DNA from: a virus
IMG/VR virus record: IMGVR_UViG_2795385957_000001
Strand: one strand, 5' to 3'
Length of the DNA: 64,000 nt
A program made the translations under genes and the position numbers. Position 1 is the first letter of the stretch; each line of letters opens with the position of its first letter. Under the pieces are notes generated by a model. It saw nothing but the letters and a program-made list of their open reading frames with translations, was not told the origin of the DNA and made no database searches. Positions 59,213 to 64,000 of this stretch are shown here, piece after piece.

Positions 59213-59590
59213 GTGAATGTCGCGGGGATCGATTCACCGATCGAACTACTAGCCGTCTTCCTAGTCGTAGCCGGACCCATCGCCGGGGCTTGGCTCACCG
59301 GGTATCTCGCCAACCGCAAGCATATTGGGAAAATGGCCTCCGAAGTCAAAGCCGTCAGGGGGCAGGTGGAGAACTCTCACGAAACCAACCTGCGCGACGA
59401 CCTCACGGACGTACTGAACGGCATCAATCTGATCGCCCAACGACAAGAGCATCAAGGGAAAGAGATCGGCGGCCTGATCAAAGACGTAGGTGGCCTCATG
59501 GACCGTGTGGGCGATCTAGCCGGGGATATCCGTGACCACCGCGACGAACTCGACACCATCGGCAAGCGGATAGACAAGCTCCGCAAGTAA
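59213..59590 (+). CDS. Membrane protein with coiled-coil (DUF2746-like)
   Basis: TM segment followed by QVENSH.TNLRDDL. Confidence 0.78.
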   Translation: MNVAGIDSPIELLAVFLVVAGPIAGAWLTGYLANRKHIGKMASEVKAVRGQVENSHETNLRDDLTDVLNGINLIAQRQEHQGKEIGGLIKDVGGLMDRVGDLAGDIRDHRDELDTIGKRIDKLRK

Positions 59591-59631
59591 ACCCCGCTGT
59601 TAGCGCTTACCGCCAATAGAATTGGGGTATG
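59588..59631 (+). promoter_or_regulatory. Conserved stop-to-start element, copy 6 (divergent)
   Basis: TAAACCCCGCTGTTAGCGCTTACCGCCAATAGAATTGGGGTATG; same 44-nt geometry. Confidence 0.6.
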
Positions 59632-59955
59632 TTCACCGTCGCTCAGCTGCGTAAGGCAATCAAGGACTTGCCAGACGACATGCTTGTGATGACCGAAGAC
59701 GGCGAATCGCCAATGAGTGATGCGAACCTATACATCGCCCCGGCATGCCGCCATCAGATCGGCAGCAACAGCTGGGTATCCGAGGGCCATGAGGACCCAC
59801 CCGCCACCGAATTGGCCCGCGAGGTATTCGGCGAATGCGAGAACACTCACGTCCTGCTCGTCACGCGGTTCGGAAACGATGGCCAGGACATCACCCCGGA
59901 AGAGCCTGGCGTGATCGACGTTCAGGTAGAACAGACCGCAATCGAATCTGGTTAG
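59629..59955 (+). CDS. Hypothetical acidic protein (moron-like)
   Basis: MFTVAQLRKAIKDLPDDM.V... Confidence 0.72.
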   Translation: MFTVAQLRKAIKDLPDDMLVMTEDGESPMSDANLYIAPACRHQIGSNSWVSEGHEDPPATELAREVFGECENTHVLLVTRFGNDGQDITPEEPGVIDVQVEQTAIESG

Positions 59956-59972
59956 CCCCTCGCTTCACAGCC

Positions 59973-60023
59973 GCCCCCGGCTCCCGTGCTTCCCCCCAGC
60001 ATGGTTGAGCCGGGGGCTTTTTT
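59973..60023 (+). terminator. Intrinsic terminator between the late operon and the convergent integrase
   Basis: GCCCCCGGCTC...GAGCCGGGGGC followed by TTTTTT. Confidence 0.8.
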
Positions 60024-60047
60024 GCGTTTCCGGTGGTTGGTTTCGAA

Positions 60048-61307
60048 TCAGCTGCCTGGCACTAGCACTGCGAGGGCGTCCATCATCGTCGAGTTCCTTG
60101 CCTGATCGGCGTGTGCGTAGATCCTCGTGACTTCCGGGGAGTTGTGTCCCAGGATCTCCATGCGAGTCTGCTCGTCCGCGCCCGCGGCGCGCAGCACTGT
60201 GGCGGTGGTGTGGCGGGTGCTATGCAGCGGCATGGTCTCGCCCTCCCCGATGATCCCGGCGTCCCGCAGGAGTTTGTGCCATGCCTGGTTATCGTCATTC
60301 GGAATGACTGGTGCGCCGTCGGCGCGGTGGAACACAAGGTTATGCGGATTGGGTCCGCAATCCTTCTCGCGGAGCTGCGCCAGTGCCAGCCGTAGCGGCT
60401 CAATGACGGGCACCCACCGCTTCCCCGCCTCTGATTTAGGTCGGGTTAGCGCCAGGGATGCATGTAGCGGTTCGTACTCAAACTTCACGGGCATATCCCA
60501 TTTCGGGTCGGTGCAGTGGCCACCATTCTTGCGACCACACGGCCACTTCTCGCCGACCTTTTCACCGCAGCCGTGTGCGCGCTTGAGCTGCTGTAGCTGC
60601 CAAGTGATGTCCACCGCCCCGCCTTTGAGGTCCACTCGATCCCATGTCAGCCCAAGCGATTCACCTTGCCGAGTCCCCGTAAGGAAGAGGAATAACCACC
60701 GGGTGGCCTCCATCTGATTGCGGTGTTTGACCGCGTACGCGAGCAGCTTGTGCACGTCGCCGATAGATAGCGCCGTCCGATCACCCTTGGATACTTCGGG
60801 CGCATCCACCGGGGCGGCGACGTTCCGTTTGATAAGACCCTCTGCGACCGCATCCTTGAGGGCCTTGTGCAACACCACGTGAGCCTTTTGCGTGCGCCGC
60901 GCACCCTTGCCGATGAGCGTGTGCATGCGCCGAACATCAGCCGGCGTCAGTTCGATCAGCTTCTTATGCCCTATGGCGCTGGCGATGTTGTTGATGGTGT
61001 GCCCGTAGTCGCGGTAGGTGGTGGGGCGGATACGTTCTCTATGGACGTTCGGAAGCCAGTAGTCGAGCCACTTGGCGACCGTCATAGTCCTGTCGAGGTT
61101 GAAGCCATCTGACGATTCGGCTTTCAATTCATCCAATCGGGCTACGAGGGTGCGGTAGTCCTTGCTGTAGACACGCTTCTGGCGCCGCTTCCCGGTCTCG
61201 TCGGGGGGCGCCTCGATCGAACCGACCCACATTCCATCGGCCCGCTGGAAGATGCTGCCCTCACCCTTGGCACGCGGCGGTCGCTTCTTCTTGGATGTGA
61301 ATGCCAC
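60048..61307 (-). CDS. int: Prophage tyrosine integrase
   Basis: RAKGEGSIFQR.DG.W, TGTRQGE, PKS, HSTRH, LGH, Y. GTG start at 61307 with an RBS. Confidence 0.95.
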   Translation of the reverse strand: MAFTSKKKRPPRAKGEGSIFQRADGMWVGSIEAPPDETGKRRQKRVYSKDYRTLVARLDELKAESSDGFNLDRTMTVAKWLDYWLPNVHRERIRPTTYRDYGHTINNIASAIGHKKLIELTPADVRRMHTLIGKGARRTQKAHVVLHKALKDAVAEGLIKRNVAAPVDAPEVSKGDRTALSIGDVHKLLAYAVKHRNQMEATRWLFLFLTGTRQGESLGLTWDRVDLKGGAVDITWQLQQLKRAHGCGEKVGEKWPCGRKNGGHCTDPKWDMPVKFEYEPLHASLALTRPKSEAGKRWVPVIEPLRLALAQLREKDCGPNPHNLVFHRADGAPVIPNDDNQAWHKLLRDAGIIGEGETMPLHSTRHTTATVLRAAGADEQTRMEILGHNSPEVTRIYAHADQARNSTMMDALAVLVPGS

Positions 61308-61434
61308 CGTCCACCCTCTCAATGTATCCAATACTGTACACATCTACGTGTACACAGTATGTATGCAGTGGGTAATACAACCACCATCTACCTGGTGTCA
61401 TGCGTTTATGAGCTGCTCTAATCATACCAAAGAT

Positions 61435-61483
61435 GCGGACTTAAAATCCGCCAAGTGTCGGTTCGAGTCCGACTGGGGGCACC
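61435..61483 (+). repeat. attR core (49 bp duplicate of the tRNA-Leu 3' part)
   Basis: Identical to 1888-1936; no 5' tRNA half upstream. Confidence 0.95.
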
Positions 61484-61569
61484 CCTGAACTGGTGATATG
61501 CTGACACAACCCGCAATGAACGATGTGTCAGTCCGCACGCAGTCCGCAGGAGTCTCTAGACTGCGGCCC

Positions 61570-62853
61570 ATGAGCACACCGACCAAGCGCGGCGTCCGGG
61601 CAGGCGAAGAGGATCGTTGGCATCGGCCAGCGCGGCGCGGTGAGCGGGTCAACTGGCCTGCTGACAACATGCCCGGCCCGGTCTGGTGTACCGACCCGAA
61701 GCACGGCAAGAGTGGCGCGCTGGTTTGCACCGTGCGTCACGGCAAGGGCAAGCGTTGGCTAGCTCGGTGGGTGGACCACGACGGACAGGAACGTACGAAA
61801 GCGTTTGACCGGCGCGCTGATGCGAAGCGTCACATTGACGGCACCACGACGGCGCTGAACACCGGTACCTATGCCGATCCTCACCGCTCCGCTGTCACAT
61901 TCGGCACGGTGGCCGAAGCGTGGCTAAGCGCTAAGGCGGCTAATCGGGCACCTAAGACGGTTGCCGGGTACAGGGGATTGCTTGATGTGGTGGTCCTGCC
62001 CAAATGGAGAGACGAGCGGCTACGGGACATCGACCATGAGCGGCTACAGATGTGGGTGACATGGCTGTCCACTGATCCGGCTGCGCGCAAACAGCCTAAG
62101 CGAGTTAAGGGCGCTAACGGCGACGACGGGATTCAGGAGACCGGCCTGTCCGCGGCTCGCGTGATCCACTCCTACCAGGTAGTGCGTCAGGTGCTCTCAT
62201 ACGCGGTTCGCGCCAAGTACCTAGCCGTCAATCCGGCTGAGAACATTGAGTTGCCGCGCAAGCCGCAGGGGAAAGAGCTGGCGCTGTCTCATGAGCAGGT
62301 GCGCCAGCTTGCGGACGATAGCGGTGACATGGCGTCAATGGTTCGGTTTCTGGCTTATACGGGTATGAGGTTTGGCGAGTGCATCGCGCTCCGCGTCGGC
62401 GACGTTGATCTAGCACGTAAGCGAATCTCGGTGGCTAAAGGCAGAACTTACGTTCAGCGCCAGGGCCACATAGAGGGCGACACGAAGACCCACCAGCGAC
62501 GCTCCGTGCCGATTTTGACGACCGCACTGTTGAACGAACTGCGGAGCCTAGTAGCCGACCGTGACCCGTCCGAGTACTTGTTTCCGGGCGCTGGCGGGGG
62601 CGCGATGACGTTGGGTCGGTTCCGCTGGCAGTTCGATAAGGCCGTTGCGAAGCTCGGCGCAGGGGATGTTACGCCGAATACGCTGCGGCACACTGCCGGG
62701 TCGCTAGCGCTGGCGTCAGGCGCATCTGTGGTGACCGTGCAAAAGCTACTGGGGCACCGTAACCCAACCGTCACCATGAATGTATACAGCCACATGCTGC
62801 CGGATGACTTCGACAACTTGGCAGCTGCGATGGAAGCGGCTACGCGCCGGTAG
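61570..62853 (+). CDS. int: Tyrosine integrase of the second element
   Basis: TGMRFGE, TKT, NTLRH, LLGH, VY.H. Confidence 0.92.
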   Translation: MSTPTKRGVRAGEEDRWHRPARRGERVNWPADNMPGPVWCTDPKHGKSGALVCTVRHGKGKRWLARWVDHDGQERTKAFDRRADAKRHIDGTTTALNTGTYADPHRSAVTFGTVAEAWLSAKAANRAPKTVAGYRGLLDVVVLPKWRDERLRDIDHERLQMWVTWLSTDPAARKQPKRVKGANGDDGIQETGLSAARVIHSYQVVRQVLSYAVRAKYLAVNPAENIELPRKPQGKELALSHEQVRQLADDSGDMASMVRFLAYTGMRFGECIALRVGDVDLARKRISVAKGRTYVQRQGHIEGDTKTHQRRSVPILTTALLNELRSLVADRDPSEYLFPGAGGGAMTLGRFRWQFDKAVAKLGAGDVTPNTLRHTAGSLALASGASVVTVQKLLGHRNPTVTMNVYSHMLPDDFDNLAAAMEAATRR

Positions 62854-62967
62854 GAGTCCGACTGCCCGGACACCGGGCCGCAGGTCACGGCACGTTCTCG
62901 GGACCAACGTGTCCGAAGTTCCGGACACTTTCCGGTTTTTCGCGAAAATCATCCTACGGTTGCTGAC

Positions 62968-63150
62968 ATGCAGGAACAGCAACTAATGACATTGACCGAG
63001 ATGTGCGAACTGTTGGGCATCTCCGAATCGACGGCTTACTACTGGCGTCAGATCGGTAAGGGTCCGAAGGGTGCTCGGATCGGTAAGGCACTGCGCTACA
63101 GGCATTCTGACGTCATAGCGTGGCTAGACGAGCAGTTCGCTAGGGCGTAG
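62968..63150 (+). CDS. AlpA/excisionase-like HTH protein
   Basis: LMT..E..ELLGIS.ST.YYWR..GKGP...RIG..LRY...DV.AWL. Confidence 0.88.
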   Translation: MQEQQLMTLTEMCELLGISESTAYYWRQIGKGPKGARIGKALRYRHSDVIAWLDEQFARA

Positions 63151-63158
63151 GCAACGAA

Positions 63159-63512
63159 GTGTTGAAAGAACAAGAGCCGAGTTGGATTGGAATCCCTCAG
63201 CATGTACTTATCGACTGGGCGACTGACACCAGGGTTCCCTTACCGGCGTGGCAGCGCTTGCAGTACTTGGCTTTAGGGCTTTGCGATGAAACCGGCATCG
63301 CTTCATTTCGACGCGGCGAACTGGCCAAACTTCTGTACGGTGGCCCGGACAAGCATCGCAACCTGACACACCACATAGATTCAGCGATCAGGTACGGGGT
63401 TCTGGGGCCGGATTCCTGCCGGTCGTTCTTGCGTGTGCCTGAGCACGTCTTGAGAAGCGCCCCCAGCGCCGGGTATGCGAAACGCGTTCAACAGTCACGC
63501 AAATCTGCGTGA
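63159..63512 (+). CDS. Hypothetical protein (possibly winged-helix)
   Basis: 117 aa ORF after the AlpA-like gene. Confidence 0.6.
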   Translation: MLKEQEPSWIGIPQHVLIDWATDTRVPLPAWQRLQYLALGLCDETGIASFRRGELAKLLYGGPDKHRNLTHHIDSAIRYGVLGPDSCRSFLRVPEHVLRSAPSAGYAKRVQQSRKSA

Positions 63513-63737
63513 GATTGCGTTGATGCCAAACGTTTTTTGTGCCGAGAGGCGTCGCTCGTCAACGTGTCATAACTCGTCCACCAGCAGCGATGCGTGCTGT
63601 CCTCTATGATCTATCTACAAACTTGCCCTTCGGGGCCATGCTGAGACCTGCTGTAGCGTGCTAATCCCAGAGAGAGAACGGTCGCTGGCCGTACGAGGCG
63701 GTACGGGGGTGCCGCATCAGGGCACCCCCCACCCCCA

Positions 63738-64000
63738 TCAGCTGTCAGCCAGCACACGGTAGACCGTCGCCCGCGACACCCCGAGCGCGGAGGCAATGGT
63801 GGTAGCAGGCTCCCCGCTGGCGTGCATCCGGCGAGCAAGCGCGATCTTGTTGTCGTCCAGCGCTTTCGGGCGACCAATCGACTGCCCCCGCGCCCGCCGC
63901 GCTTCACGCGAAGCCGCACGACGCTCACGACCGAGTTCCAGTTCAAGTTCAGCGAGGCTCGCCAGCACGCCTGCGACCATCCGGCCCGCAGCGTTCGAAG
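63738..64000 (-). CDS. Serine recombinase/resolvase, C-terminal part
   Basis: LAELE.EL..ER...ARARG..IGRP...IA.ALGVSRATVYR. Confidence 0.9.
   Translation of the reverse strand, partial: SNAAGRMVAGVLASLAELELELGRERRAASREARRARGQSIGRPKALDDNKIALARRMHASGEPATTIASALGVSRATVYRVLADS

Larger units (their letters stand above)
1888..61483. mobile_element. Apparently complete temperate mycobacteriophage prophage (siphovirus) integrated in tRNA-Leu(TAA)
   Basis: Flanked by 49-bp direct repeats. Contains integrase, repressor, replication, terminase, portal, capsid, tail, tape measure and lysis genes. Confidence 0.96.
61484..64000. mobile_element. Second integrative element in tandem at the same tRNA (partial)
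   Basis: Own tyrosine integrase directly after attR, then an AlpA-like HTH and a serine recombinase. The far att site is not in the window. Confidence 0.75.

Noticed and set aside
61435..61483. Second tRNA gene
   Set aside because: It lacks the 5' acceptor strand and D-arm; it is attR.

Overview
A high-GC actinobacterial window. The genes are mycobacterial in type, and an M. abscessus/chelonae-group host is my inference. Bases 1-1541 are the 5' part of a host fatty acyl-AMP ligase gene. A tRNA-Leu(TAA) at 1861-1937 follows, and it is the integration site of an apparently complete ~59.6 kb temperate siphovirus prophage (49-bp att core at 1888-1936 and 61435-61483). Prophage order: cargo next to attL (DUF732 membrane protein, acyltransferase-3, alpha/beta hydrolase lacking catalytic residues, MmyB-type regulator, membrane protein); repressor/cro/antirepressor; early, recombination and replication genes; two WhiB genes; a HigBA toxin-antitoxin; four glycosyltransferases; head, tail and lysis genes; tyrosine integrase. 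A second integrative element (integrase, AlpA-like HTH, serine recombinase) starts right after attR and runs off the window. Most unusual observations: (1) a frame-preserved Tyr(UAC)-X codon array between higB and higA that ends at the higA ribosome-binding site; (2) six copies of a 44-45 bp element that starts exactly on an upstream stop codon and ends in the ATG of an orphan gene, one copy with a 7-bp flanking duplication inside the glycosyltransferase operon; (3) the pseudo-hydrolase/MmyB module beside the repressor; (4) a perfect LexA box over a leaderless orphan gene; (5) hairpins with complementary loops on either side of the major tail gene. All calls come from reading the sequence and recognising motifs. 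No database searches were run.
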